Below are positions 24,845 through 38,963 of a stretch of DNA of 64,000 nt, piece by piece (within the stretch, counting starts at the first letter, position 1; each line of letters starts with the position of its first letter). Location: contig CM007989.1 of the NCBI GenBank assembly GCA_002189035.1, forward strand, positions 4,650,001 through 4,714,000, given 5' to 3'. The position numbers and the translations under genes are program-made. A model generated the notes under the pieces. It was not told where the DNA came from. It saw only the letters and a list, made by a program, of their open reading frames with translations, and made no database searches. This stretch comes from Utricularia gibba (lineage: Eukaryota > Plantae > Magnoliophyta).

Positions 24845-25599
24845 TTACACATATTTTATCTTTTAAAACATCTTGAAAACATTTATAAATATACTTATAC
24901 ATTTCTAAAATGTTCATTTCTCTAATTCTTATTCTTCTTCTATTTATAATTTTAATCTCCAATTCACTCGTGGAGGTGGAGGTACATATATTCTACGATG
25001 GGAACATAGTCTAATCAACTTGTGAAAACATAATAGCATAATTGAAATATGGTAGAGTGTATCCGACTGAAAAGACATATGAACTTTAAGGTACTATGCA
25101 CCGAATGCATGCAATAACATATTTAATACATTTTTGTATAGTGATGTTCGACTAATACTATGAAAGTCTTAAAAAATATCTAATTATATAGTTCTTTCAA
25201 ATGACACAACACTATGATTCCTATTCTATTTTAATAATATTAGGTTCAGTGTTGATATTTTTTTAATATGCAAATCGATAGCGACCTTCAGAGATCCACA
25301 TCTAATAATATTTGATTGCAATTGATGGTGATTCTGCAAGTACATAGAAACCGTCGAAGTAATAAAATAAGATCGTATTCACAAGAAATTGTTATTGGAA
25401 TATTCTTTTCAAATAAAGATTCAAAAAAACCGAAAACAAAATAAAGATTTAGTTTTGAAGACAATAAGAAAAGTGGTCTTGAATCTAAGATCCACCTTAC
25501 TTGAAACTCGTCCTTGCATGTATGCAAACCTTGAGAACTGGCCTGCTCGCGCAAGCTTTAGGGGTGTTATGCTAAAATAGTGGTACTCGTTGACCTTTA

Positions 25600-28440
25600 T
25601 AGCATCGTCCCTTATTTTGTGGGATTATGGGTTTAACAATAAAAGTTGATGAAAAATGAAAAGAAAGGAATCCAAAACATGGTAGACTCGACTCTAAACC
25701 CTAAATTGACTCTCTAGCCGTCCACCCTTGACTCTCTCCTAGGTCTTTGCGTTTGGATCTTTATATAATGGTGGGGATTTGTTAGGTTTTCTTGATGGGC
25801 TCACATCAAATCTTCTATCCGAATCTTCTAAGATTTGATACAAATATTCTAGGATGAGATCCAAGTTTTCCAAGATAAGATGTGAATTTTATCTTATACG
25901 AGAATCTTTGACCGAGTCTTCATTCGGATAGACCAAATCTTAGACTCCATCAAAGTACCTCTAAAATCCTCCAAATTATTCTAAATTCGTCCTGAAAAAT
26001 CACAAAACACACTTTGACTCCAAAAAGATCAAAGTAATATGCAAGATATAAAATTCTTCTAGAAACATAAGGAAAGTGAGATAAAAAGAATGCAAAACTC
26101 ATCTAAATGAGTTCTAAGAAGTACAAATATAAGTGACATAAAATCACTTATCAGCAATTCAATTTTTAAGTTTTAGAGATCCATATCTAATAATGACAAG
26201 AATTTGTAAATACGTATCGAGGAACAATATACATGAATAAATTTGACAAATATTTAATTGATAAAAACAATTCAAGCACAATCATCAACGCAAATTCATA
26301 GAAGAATAACATACATGAATTGAAATTGCAGTCAAATATGTTACTTATAAAAAAACAAGCAAAATTGAAAAAGGAACGTACCCAAAAATACTTGCATACT
26401 GATGAAACCAATCATTGAAAGTAACCATTTGGTGGGAGAAGATAATTTTGATGTAGATCGCATGCAAAGAAACAAAAAGGAGATGTAGATGATAGTAGCA
26501 TAAGCACCTAGTCACTAAATTTTTGAAATTATGAGAAAATAAGACAAGGATTAGTGTGGTTGCGAATTTGGAACCCAAATCCCATATTTGATAAGGGCAA
26601 AAATGTATGCAATTCTAAAAACTCAATGATAAACGAAAAAATCTACACACGTCGTCAATATGCAAACTTTTCAATCAGATAAATTTATAAACCTAATACA
26701 CACTCAAACATAATATAATTATAAACATAATGTTTATGGTCGAACACGAAGAGCAGATGCTTATCATGTGAGTATCGATGCACGCAATCAGTGTCACATT
26801 GATAGATTTAGTCTAAACTAGGACTAAGGTAGACTTACGATAAAATACAATAAAAAAAGCAATTAACTTTTGAACTTGGTTGTACCTAAGATGAGGTGGA
26901 TGGTGCATTGGGACTCCTTGAGTTAACATGCTAGTTGTTACAACTATTCCGTCTAAATCATAGATCATTCATATAACAAGTAAATGTCTAAGTCTATCCC
27001 AACCCTTGTTTTCATTAATTTTTGGTCTAACTCTAATTAGTATTTCTTTAATGGTTTTTTCTATTTCCCCCTCTAGAATCTATTCTGGTTTGTAAGGAAA
27101 TAATGTGATACTGTGTTTATTTGGTTTAGTGAACAACAAATTTGTTAACCCTTTTAACCCAAGGCACCACTAGTGTTTTAGCTACTCATGATAATGGAAA
27201 AGAAAGCGTTTTTGTGACATATCATAATTACCATTCTGGTTTCCAAGTTAAACAGCAGTAGAGAATGCATGACAAAGCATAAACAGTATATCGTTCACGT
27301 AGAAAAATTAAAAACTAGTCTCAACTAGGAATAGTGTTTTTCAAGAGCAGAAGAATTTTTCAAAAGGGATCTCATTTTCCTAGATTGTCTTTCTCGTTTT
27401 TCTGTGTGTTCTTTCGATTTTTCTTTCTTTTTTTTTCTAGAAATCTATATGGTGTGTTGTTCAACACACAAAATCACATTATATCCTAATTTTTGGTAAA
27501 ATACTAAAAAACTATAAGATAAATACTTAAAACATGATTCAAAAGCATAATTTTCTTATTCTAAAAATAAAAAAAAATTGTATGTTATCAACATTAAAAG
27601 GAAATTTACTCCCAAATTCACCAAGGGTTTGAGAGTAAATCTGTAAAATCCTGATAATTAACTATTACCCCTATACTTATCTCGCTTGTAATCACAATTT
27701 AATTCCCATTTTCTCTAATCACGAACACAGCAAAACAAAACTCCTAGCTTAGTCTAAAAGTGCAAACTAAAATGACATGAAAAATAAAACGTAAAAACTA
27801 ATAGAAATAAAATTTGGGTTGCCTCCCAAGAGCATCCCTCTTTCTAGTCCTGGACTAAACTTTCAGCAAGATATACGATGTTACTATATCCCTTTGGATA
27901 AGAACTTCAACTTCTTCAACTAATCTGTTTTAAAGATTTTCATAAAAAACCTTCTATCTATGTCCATTCACAATAAAACTTACAATAGTTTCTCCATCAT
28001 AAATCTCCAAAGTTCCATTTGGGAAAACTTATTTCACCTTAAATGGTCCAATCCAACGAGATTTGACTTTCCCAAGATGTAACTTCAGGGTGAGATTGTT
28101 TAGAGATTTCCCATGATTTGTCACCTTTTCACCAATCCTATAACTACTTTAGTCGAAAATATGAGAAACAACCTTGGTGAACTTAGATTATTTAGAGTGA
28201 ACATTTTGTAGATTAAATTAAGAACTTGAATACCACACCAACTAAGTTACCTTGAGGTATCTTAATGTTATTTCATGCATAGAATCATAATTTGATTTTA
28301 GTTAATAAACTTGCATACTATTGTTAATTTTACCTTACACTAAGAGTATAATTTATTCTACATTTGATATTTTTAAAAATGCATTACAAACACCCACTTC
28401 TTGTGATCGACCTCAAAATTCATTACATACTTTGTATCAA
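25600..28440 (-). mobile_element. Mosaic of Athila-like Ty3/gypsy remnants (LTR pieces and integrase C-terminus)
   Basis: Minus-strand KVKSRWIGPFKV..VFPNGTLEI...VNGHR at about 27950-28080 (integrase GPY/F region). GGGTTGCCTCCCAAG at about 27816. LTR-start-like TGATAAGTG on the minus strand at about 26152. Boundaries approximate. Confidence 0.6.
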
Positions 28441-30900
28441 ATTTGTCTTTTGTAAAAATTAGAGATCATAAATGTATTTGATTCGGAATTTCAGTTTTGG
28501 ACAATGTCACGAAATTCCCATTTATGGTATTTAGTAAATAAATATATAGAAAAGATGTATTTAACCGATTTTTATGAAGTATAATTAAATTTTGCTGGAG
28601 CTTATTTTACTAGTTAAGAATCCATATTATTTTAACATCATGTATAATTTGATCATCACTATTTAAAAATTTCATAGCAAAAAACGGTAACAATTAATTT
28701 TGCTCATAGAAATGTGAATTTTATGCCAAATATTTGAAGAATAATTATATCAAAAGTGATTAAACATGCGTTTTCATTGAATGTCGAGATTTAGTAATGG
28801 TAAATAGTGAGAAACTTTGATGCAAAATGTACAAATTTAAAGTAGTAGTATTTTAAAGAATTTGGTTAGTTTAAACTTGAAGGAATCAAAGTTCTTAGAG
28901 TCTTTTTTAAAAAAATAATTGAAGTATCAAAACAATCATTGAGAAAAACATTTGAATGTATTTCTTATACTTTGTTAATTGATTTTATATTGTTTTAAAA
29001 CATAATACTTAAGTTGAGGTGCATGTTTTCTTTTTTATTTTTTAAGTTTATATTTTTAAATTAAGATTTTTTTTTTGGAAAAAAAGCATATTTCTAAATT
29101 TTACGATATTTTTGACTTAATCTGGAAATAAATCTAATTCCAATAAAATGTGGATTTGAATGTGGATTTGGGCTAGAGGAAAAGATTATGAACATGAAAA
29201 TTAGAAGACTTGGTCCAAGACAAATAAATATTCACATACGAGAAAAATGATTATATTTAAAAATAATGGAAAAAGCTTACATTTAATATAATAGAAAGTT
29301 TTTCAAAAGATATAAATATTTTATCTAAATCAAAATATCTAAAGATGAAGATTTGATATCTAATTATAAACCCTCTCAAACTCAGCATAAACAAGGAAAG
29401 TGTCACCATCAAAACGCACGTTTCTTAGTGGTCTAGTGTGATCCTCGATTCACCTACTCTGTTTAGGGTACTGACATCTCTATTCTTTTCAGGCTCGACT
29501 TACTCCCTAACGTTTTAGACTAACGGGAGTAAGGCCGGTTTCAAAACTTTAAATACTGTGTATTTTATGTTTTTTATACTTTTGAATTATAATATGTGTG
29601 CATATCCCTCATTTGGCTAAAGATATTAGATGAAACTATGTTTGTGAGAATTATCATGTATGACATTATTTAACTATATTTTTTTAAACATTTAGTTTGA
29701 ATTCTAATTCTTGCTTTCATATTGTTTTCTTCTTGAGTATGTTCATCATAAATTCTTAAATTGAGACAAAAATGACCTAATAATGTTGGTGTCAATTAGA
29801 AATATTTGTTTAATCATATTTTAACATAATTTTTCAACTAGTGTGAAGAATAGTAATTAAGATTGAGTCTAGCAGAAGATCAATTATCATTAGAGAAAAA
29901 AATAGCTTTGAAAGAGTAATCAATTATATTCTATTAATTGAGTAACGATGTTATTTAGATAATACAAGTAACATTATTTTAATATAATACCTCCAAAACT
30001 TATATAAATTAGAGCCAATCTCAAAATCTAATTGCATGCACATAACTTTCAGAATATTGGTAGAGTCTTGATTTAAGAATATTATTTTATACTGATATCA
30101 TATCTCTTGTATCTTTATGTTATGTATTTATTTAACCATGTTTTTTAGTGCATTTTGTAGTAAATTTAAACTCAACTTTGTTATATTTTTCACTTTGTTG
30201 AAATCCATTTCCATTCATTTTATAAAATTCCAAAGTCAACAATTCCTTGTAAAAATTATATCTTTATTAATTTGACTCTCTATATATACTGGCGTGATTT
30301 CAATCATTCTTGTTAATATCTCGAAGCATAAACATCTTAGAATTATGTTATTTGATAGGTGTTTTTTTAATATACACTTGATTTATAAAACATTTATATA
30401 ATTGATCCAAACATATTTATCAAAATTCTTTTATGATATAAGTTTTTTAATTAAAATTTTTTATTTTTATCACATGTATAACTTTATTTATTGAATACAT
30501 ATATTTGTAAAACCAGTCTAATAAAAATAGAATTAATTATAATTATATAACAGATGTTTATCTAATACAAATAATTCAAATGTATTGTTATTTAAATTCC
30601 CATATCTAAGACATTCCTATGTATCATAGCATTTGAAGTGTTCAATATTGCCACTTTTATACTTTGATTCCTAACATTAAAACAATGATATTTTTATTTT
30701 ATATCTATCGTGATAAAGTAAGAAATAGTAAATAATTAGAAATAATTTATGATATTATTAATCAATAATAAGTGTGACACAATATAAAACCGTCCATAGT
30801 ATAGTGATAGTACTGTGCATTATGAAAGTATGTGACATTTTGGAAATAAAAGTGATAAAGTGTTACATTTTCCAATTGAACTTTGTTGTGTGAAATAGAT

Positions 30901-30968
30901 AATGGGCTGGGATGGGCCAGTGGATCATGGCCCACTAGTTGTGTACGAACTATGGCGTTTGGGCCCCC
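30901..30968. promoter_or_regulatory. Site II (TGGGCY/GGCCCA) cluster
   Basis: TGGGCT, TGGGCC, GGCCCA and TGGGCC within 70 bp, at the end of an AT-rich stretch about 1.7 kb upstream of the HD-Zip ATG. Confidence 0.4.
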
Positions 30969-32629
30969 AAGGAATGATGGCTCAAATACCCGAGAGGGTC
31001 GGCAATCTTCAAGTGGTGTGTGTTTTGCTCACCCCTAATGCTTGAAACCTCCCTTGGTTTTAAATCATGATGCTTTGCATCTCAAGACTACGATGTAAAA
31101 TGTAGCTTGAGGATTACTCAAGAGAAAATGAAGAATCTTGGTCACTTTTTGTGTATCAAAAACACCATTCCAGTTGAAGCTTTTATCATTGTGAAAGTCA
31201 ACTTTCAATGGAGTCCATGAATTTCGCAATGCTAGTTGATGAAGATGACCATTCATAACTTCTCCGGCCATTTTCTTTTGTTTTCTTTTTAAGATGATAG
31301 AAAGTTGATGTTGACATTTTTGGGAGGTGATTAATGTAGATGCTTTTATCCACTAGGAACTATGGTTGAGCTTGTGTCTCGCTTTAATCATATTTGATTT
31401 TTTTTTTGGGTTGTTGGGTTGTTTGTTGGAGTCATATGAAACAATGAGATCAGAGATTTCTCATAGTGAATTTTTTAGGGTGTTTTGCCATTATCGTGGT
31501 TTTACATTCCCTTTTGATGCAGGGGCTACTTGCTTTTATGATTAAAAGGGAAAGATGCCTTCCATGTCTGGTGCATGTTGGCCGATTCAAAGCTTTTGGA
31601 CGCTATGGATGAATGTGAATGCGTTGCTACTTTTTTCTTTACGTCGGACCACTTATTCCAGATTTAGCACTCCATGTTTTCGACGAATTGCTTCAAACGT
31701 ATATCAATCTTCATTGCTAACGGTTTAAGTGTTCTACGTGTTCAACTTTTTGCTTTGTTATGTTTTTTATTCATCGTCCCTTCCATTTTTCTTCAACTTT
31801 TTCCAGTTTCATGAATCATTTTTGTTGCAGTTGACGTTGAATTCAATGCTGGGGTATCAGCAGGAAATTCTGAGCAGCAAGATTCCTACTAGGCTCTGAA
31901 TGATACAATATGACATGGGACGATTCTGCTGCATTACAACGAAGTGATCACAAAGCATCTGTGGGGTATTTGATGGGATAAAGAAGTCGGGTTTGTTATA
32001 AATTTATTGGCTCATTTCATTCGCTTCAGAACTAACCCCGGTTAGATTCTAAGCGCATGTGAGAGACCCTGGATGGTTCATTTAAAGATATTGCACTTGT
32101 GAAAAGCCATCTGGTTAGTGAGACAGTCCACTGATTTTCCCACATCAATTCGAGCCTTGCTCTCCGCGGACCCCCACAAGTTCAATTTTGTCTGTAGATG
32201 AACAGTCTCTAACAACCCATGTGAATATGGAGACCGAAACTGTGGAATCCCATTAGTTCTGCTCCTTTTATTCTGTTTATAACTATCAAGTGGATTTGGG
32301 TGGCCTCAAGATTTGATCTTCCTGTGCTCCCCTGGGTTTGAGTGTCTATTTTTCTCTTTGGCTTCTTGGGTTTTTTTTCGAAGGAGAGAAGAAGGTTGTA
32401 TTGCGAACAACAAAGAGCAAAATCTGCACAATACTCCCAAACGCATAGAGAGTTGTGCCTCTTGGGATTGTGTATACATACAGCAGCTGCCAGCCCTTGT
32501 CTTTACCAGTAAAAGGGTTGGTTCATAGAAAGACACAATCACACAGAACCACACCTCACTCTCCTTCTGATCCCTCTGTCACGCAGCTGAAGACTTTTTT
32601 CAACCCTGGTTTCAGCTAAGGCAGCAAGC

Positions 32630-33710
32630 ATGAAGAAGAAGCTCTCCAGTTTTGATTCCTTCAGTACTGTGATCCCCATTTCTCCCACCTCTACAGGTAG
32701 TCTCTATCGCTTATCTTTTGTGGAGTACTTCAAAATGTAAATGGAATCCTTTCAAAACAAGATTCCTAATTGTACAGCTGCCATTTTTAGCAGCTATTAC
32801 AGATTTCTGTGCATTTTTAGCAACTCTGATCTCTGCATCTTTCTCCGTAAACTCTGCAGATCATCATAACCAAGGGAATAATCCCGTTTTCATCAGAGAA
32901 TTCGAGACCATGTTAGATGAAGAATTAAGCCCAGTTTTTGAAAAGAAAAGGAGATTGAGCGTTCATCAAGTCAAAGAACTGGAGAAGAATTTCGAAGTTG
33001 ACAACAAGCTGGACCCTGAGAGGAAGAGGAACCTTGCACATGAAGTTGGTTTGCACCCCAGACAAGTTGCAGTTTGGTTTCAAAACCGCCGCGCCCGGTG
33101 GAAAACCAAGCAACTCGAGAGAGACTACGTCGTCCTCAAATCCAACTACGATTCCCTTAAACACGAGATGCAGAAACTCCACCTCGAAAACCAATCATTT
33201 CTCAAAGAGGTACGAAAAAAAATTCTTCCATGTTTTCTTTGTTTTTTTCAACTTTATGATCTGGGTTTTTTGGCTAAGATTCAAGAACTCAAGTCCAAGC
33301 TGAATGAAGGCGGAGAAAGAAGCAAGGTAGGTGCCCTTTCGTTTTCTCAAACCAAAGCTGTTCTTTTCACCTTCTGTTAAATGCTTCAGATTCAAGAGAC
33401 AAAGGAACTGGTCACTGGGGAGAAAAAGATGAAACCGGATGCAACTCCTGGTAGGTTCGTGGGCGGGTATGACGACAGTGATTCTAGTGGAATCATGAAC
33501 AACGACGACAACAACACCGCGGTTTCTTGTTCTTTCCCTTTGGATGATGGAGAGGAAGAAGAAGAAGAAGAAGAAAGAGTTTGCGGTCATGCGGAGCAGG
33601 ATTTATGGGGAGAAGAAGACTCCTGCAGTGGTTTGTTTTGTGTGGATCAAGCACCCACGCTTCACTGGTATCATTCCACCGACGAAGGCTGGACTCGGAG
33701 TGGGATCTGA
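32630..33710 (+). CDS. HD-Zip class I transcription factor (ATHB5/6/16-like); 4 exons, intact
   Basis: Exons 32630-32696 ([10 protein letters not shown]), 32860-33209, 33279-33326 and 33390-33710. Homeodomain [19 protein letters not shown]...[23 protein letters not shown], leucine zipper, C-terminal DQAPTLHWY motif. Confidence 0.93.
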
Positions 33711-36700
33711 ACGCAACCCCGGGAGGCGTTAGCAGTCGCCATCATGAATCAATGTGAACATAATAAAAGAAACCAGAGATTATGAATGCGAAAGCTGTGC
33801 AGAAGGAGCCATGCCATGGCCGAATGATGGATGGATCGCAAAGGCTACGATTTCTTCACACCATCCGGCTTTGTAAAATAAAGACAGTACTAAGCTTGTT
33901 GTGCCACATAATCTCCTGACCCGAGATTGCCGTAATCTAATTACCCCACGTCACTACGGACAAGAGGTTGATTATCATATTTCAAATAAAGATTAGTGCC
34001 ACCAAAAACCCTTGTTTAGTACTGTGTCTTCAAGCCCAGACTAGGCTCAAGTCGGTTCGATTCAGAATGGGTTTTGACCCGGCAATTTGATTTTGATCGA
34101 TCAAATATGAGTTTGATCATTACCAAATTACATTTTTTTTAATTTTTTTTATCCAAATATCAACATCAAATATTAATAATATAGTATTAAACAGATTTAA
34201 TAATACATGTTTTGTACATTTTTGTTAACAAAATTATAAATATCGAAGTCCCATTCTATTATTATCTATATAATCATTAGTACTCAATACAACAGTATCT
34301 TCATTGTCGATCTTTAGATTAAGGGTCTTAAGAATTGTATAATATAAAGAAAATATTGGATTGGTTGCTTTTGGTGTTGATAGATATGAATTTTTATGAT
34401 CAATAGTATAAACAATTAACAATCAATAAAATTGTAATAATTTGAAAAAAGAGAACATATAAAATGAGCAAAGTAAAAGTAAACTAACTAACATTTTAGG
34501 AATCATCATCAATGTTTTACCGGATTTTTTTTCATAAATAGCATATTATATATACTCGATATCAAGAAAGAGATCTTAATCATGTTTTATAATCCAAATA
34601 TCAATCTCATTAATATGATTAACATCAAAACGATAATAGTGCTCAATATTTAATTACCATCTATGAATTAAATTCATATATAAATTGTCATATACACCAA
34701 CCGAAGTATAATATAAATCAAATATTAAAAATGTAACTTTTTGTGAGTTTGTCATTGTATTATATAAGCATTAGATCATTATGTTTTATGCTCTATTAGA
34801 TTAAATTTTTTTATGTACATATTATAAAAAACATTTCAATTCTCTTGCAACCTAAAGATGAGCTTCTTTATCAATATTTCATAGTAAATAGATACTTGAT
34901 CCAAATTACTAGCATTAATGAGTTACAAAGATGAATATATTAAATTACTATATATAATCTTGAGAATATAAAGAACATAATATATCATATTTGGTTATTA
35001 CTTCTAATTTTAATTGTTTATTGAGCATGTAAGCATATTCTTTTTATTACCAAAATAATTTATATTACATATATATCAACATTATCTTCTCATATCACTC
35101 CAACATATCAATAAACATCATCAACAATCTTTTTCAATTCACTTGCATATTTTGAATCATAATGAAGGTACATGTTGAAGAAATAAGTTGTTGCATAAAT
35201 TTATTTTTTAAATTTACTTTTGCAAGGTTTCTTAATGATCTTTGTAAATTGACCATACAATCTTATATTACCTCCACAAATTGACTTCGTTGTTTTTATT
35301 ATCTTCATCATATCCTCATAAAAAAAATTCTATTATTAGATTCTTTTTAACATCTACAATTCTTCAAAATTTTCTAAAAGATTTAAGAATTTTGACGACA
35401 ACTTTATAATCATTCCAAAAGTCTATACTTTTATCAATATCTTTAAATTCTTATTTTTAATATCTTTCCTTAATGTTGAGTTCAAAAATTATCTATTCAA
35501 ATTGAGAGCTTCAAAATTATTCTGACGAGAAATAAAACTAAATAATACAATAAAGTTTAATCTAGTACTTGAAGGTGTGATAATTTCTATTCAACTTTCT
35601 CTCTACCTTAAACATGCATACCAATGGATATTATTATACATAAATTTAGAAATAATGATAGTTACTTCAACAAGAAGTTTAGTTCTAGGTAACATTTTAT
35701 TGTCTTTAAACATTAAATTGATACAATGAACAATACAAGATAACTAAAAAAAAGGTATAGTAGTATTCTGTACACAATCTCCCAATATTACGGTAGTTAC
35801 TTACATTATACTAGTTAATTCGTAAATTATACTTGATTAGTCAAAGTTTTTAGTCGCAATCAGAAATAGTTAATTGGTGGACATATATGTAAGAAGTTAA
35901 GAATTTGTTTAGAAAATTTACATATTTTTGTATGATACTTAATTTGATGATCAAGATGCATGAATTTTGTGTTAACTAAATACAAATTTTAGCAAAATTT
36001 TTGTGATCAATTTATACGATTAGATGCCTAATAAAAAGTAATAGCTTATAATATTCTTTTCATTTGAAAACATGATCTAATATAAATCTAAAATAAACTT
36101 CATACAAAATATACAACATAATCCAATCTATTCATTTAATATAAATTTATTAGTTTGAATTGAATAGTTTATGATCATTATCTCACTATTAACATGTAGG
36201 GACTTTTAATTGCTAATATATTGGAATTATTTACATTTGATCTTCATCCTTTTTTTCAACACTAGTATTTCATTTATAAAAAAAGAGTAGATTGAAGTCT
36301 TTACAAGCAAACATATGAATTCAAGTAGGATCATTACAAAAATCTTTTATGAATGTAACATGATTGAATATCCCAAACTATAAGCTTATGATATACCCTC
36401 CAATATGCATCCAGAGTTTTAAGAATAATATTTCACTGATTTTGCTTTGACAAGAATCATATTTAGTTTTTGGTGTAAGTCAACACAATCTAATTTTAAT
36501 ATTATAACTCTTCTTTTAATTATGCTACAGTTTTGGAGATTATATAAATTAAGACTTTTCATATGCTTTCAATTCAATTCACACATATGAGAGTCACTGT
36601 TTTTGTGAAACATGTTTTAATGCATCTTCTGATGAAAAGCTTTGTCATTGATTTGAATGTTTGTAATGTGAATGGCGAAATGAATGAAGATATGGTGAAA

Positions 36701-37099
36701 TAGAAAAATTAAAGGAATTTTTTTGTGTATGTATTATAAAATTTAGAATGACTATTTATTAATCTAAATTTATATATGATATAAAATTCATAATTATGAT
36801 AAATATGGTACCCATGATTAGGTGGATTACAATGACATTTTGTTCAATGATATTCAATAATATAATAACAATTACGATATACAAGAAAATGAACAGCTTG
36901 TTGAAGATGATGATATAAATGGTGATGATACACATTTTTTTAGTATTTTATAATACAAAAATTATGATGTTTTATTGTAGTTTAGGTTAGGTTAGTGTGA
37001 TTTTTCATACTTCACATGTTATTTATATTAATTTTGTATTTATGTTGGAAAATAGATTAAATCCTTTTATTTAGTGCATCTTTTGTTACTGATATTTAA

Positions 37100-37750
37100 T
37101 TAAGTCTAGTAGGAGGAATAGTAGCAAAATCGGATTGAAAAATATGTGGATCATGTTAAAGGAGGCACAATATCCGAATGAAGACAAAGAGCATTATTTT
37201 GCCGCCCATAGTCTATAAGGAGGGGAGATATTTTTTTTTGGGAAAAGAGAGAAAAAAAAGGAGAGCTTCACTAAACGAATAACACATATGAAGAAGACTG
37301 ACCTAGAAAAAAAGAAGAAGGAGATTTTTGGGAAAAAGACTCTTCAACCTGAGGAACACCACCAAATTCGAGTTCAACATTATTGTTTGGTGCTGTGAAC
37401 AGTAATAGATGGGAAACATAACTATTTCTACTTTATTTTCTTTTGATAAATGTTTTTAATTTCTATGACTGATTTTTTCACGATATTCTTGGTACTGAAT
37501 GATATCATACTTTATTTTCCATACATAAATGGCTAGAATTTAGGGATGACTTAAGGTGTGGATAGGTGATGTTAATTAAGATTCATAAGATAATTAATCA
37601 TCGTCTCTTAGTTTTTCGTTAATATCGTTCCTTAGATAGACCTATGAAGGGAAATTAATAGCTTCATGATAGACATAGACAAACTAAAAGTGACATTTAT
37701 TCTGTGATTTTATATCTAATAAAATATTTTACAAGCACTTGCTCCTTGAT
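37100..37750 (+). mobile_element. Ty3/gypsy (Athila-like) LTR fragment
   Basis: GCCCATAGTCTATAAGGAGG TATA region and ATAAATGGCTAGAATTTAGGG motif, similar in layout to the fragment at 63540-64000. No termini identified. Confidence 0.35.
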
Positions 37751-38630
37751 CAACCTCGAGATCTACTAAACAAATTTTCTAAATTTGTATTTTGTAAAAA
37801 TTAGAACTTAAAAATTTATTTCATAAGAAAATTTGATTTTATTGCAACGATATTCAAAATTTATGTTTATCAAATGGCAAATAGGAAGAACATATAGTCA
37901 ATATCATGTCAATATATATTTGAGGAAATGTTAAAAAGTGACAATGGGTGTATGTACCTCATTCTTTTATCAATACCATCTTATAAAGATTTTATACAAA
38001 TGCTAAACGTCATTCATATATTAGAACTTCTATTCTATAAATATTAAATATTTGCATTAAAGTAAGCTTTTTAAATTTTCATTGATCAACTTTACAAGTT
38101 TTATGGATATTGAGATAAATGAATCCCTCATGCATCCATGAAGTTAGTGATGATCAAATGAAGGATTTGATTATCACTCGTAAGAAGAATAATAAATAAA
38201 AGAAGTTCATAGCCATAGTTAGTTAAAACACATGTAGATATATGAAGTAATAAAATCTTGACATTCTATGCTTTAACGTACAAGAAGTACATGCTCAAAT
38301 TTTTTGATTGCGTATCCTAATTTCATCAATCTCATAGACCATCTTATAAAAAATCATAGATGACCATTGAAATAATTTTTGTTAATTCATGATTCTATTC
38401 GTAAAAAGAATATCTAACCTTGAGTACTACTTCTTATAATAAGCACCATTCAGAACATGGTGTTAATGGTTGATATATATTGTATTACTCTCATGCCAAA
38501 TAATTTTGTAATATAAAGAAAGGAAAATAATGCAAAAATTTCATATGAACCACTATAGTACGTTACTTCTTGTGCTTTTACAGTTAGTATGAAGCATTTT
38601 AGACATTAGTTAAAATTATCTATTCAACCA

Positions 38631-38963
38631 TGTTATGGTTAAAATCGGTATCCGAAATGAGGCCGATTTAGGGTGATAGGTGCAATTGGGAATATCGCAC
38701 TTAGTTATGTTTTTTGCAGTTTGTTTGATTTGATTGGTTGAAACAAGAGTAGGCGAAGATTTTTACATGGAAATCGCTGGGGGACGGAAAAACCATGGGG
38801 CTATCGGAGCTCGTCGAAGAAGATTTCCACTAGACGGAGAGGGCAAAATAAGATAGAGGTTGGGAAGTTCAGGGTTCCAATCCTCTCTCTGTAGGATTTG
38901 TCCCACTTATATAAGGGGTTGAACCGTCAGCTCCCGAATTTCAGGGTTGGCGATTGCTTTCGT
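38631..38963 (-). repeat. 3' LTR, truncated (lacks about 174 bp of U3)
   Basis: Aligns by eye to 46488-46821 with about 26 substitutions and 1 indel in 333 bp (about 92%), then switches abruptly to coding-like sequence. Confidence 0.9.

Noticed and set aside
34054-34063. GGTTCGATTC B-box-like motif (possible SINE or tRNA)
   Set aside because: No A-box spacing, tRNA fold, poly(A) tail or TSD found.
34200-38630. Long AT-rich tract (continuing at 47000-48800) suspected to be a decayed Helitron or CACTA element
   Set aside because: No Rep/helicase or transposase motif, CACTA end or CTRR terminus could be read; left unassigned.
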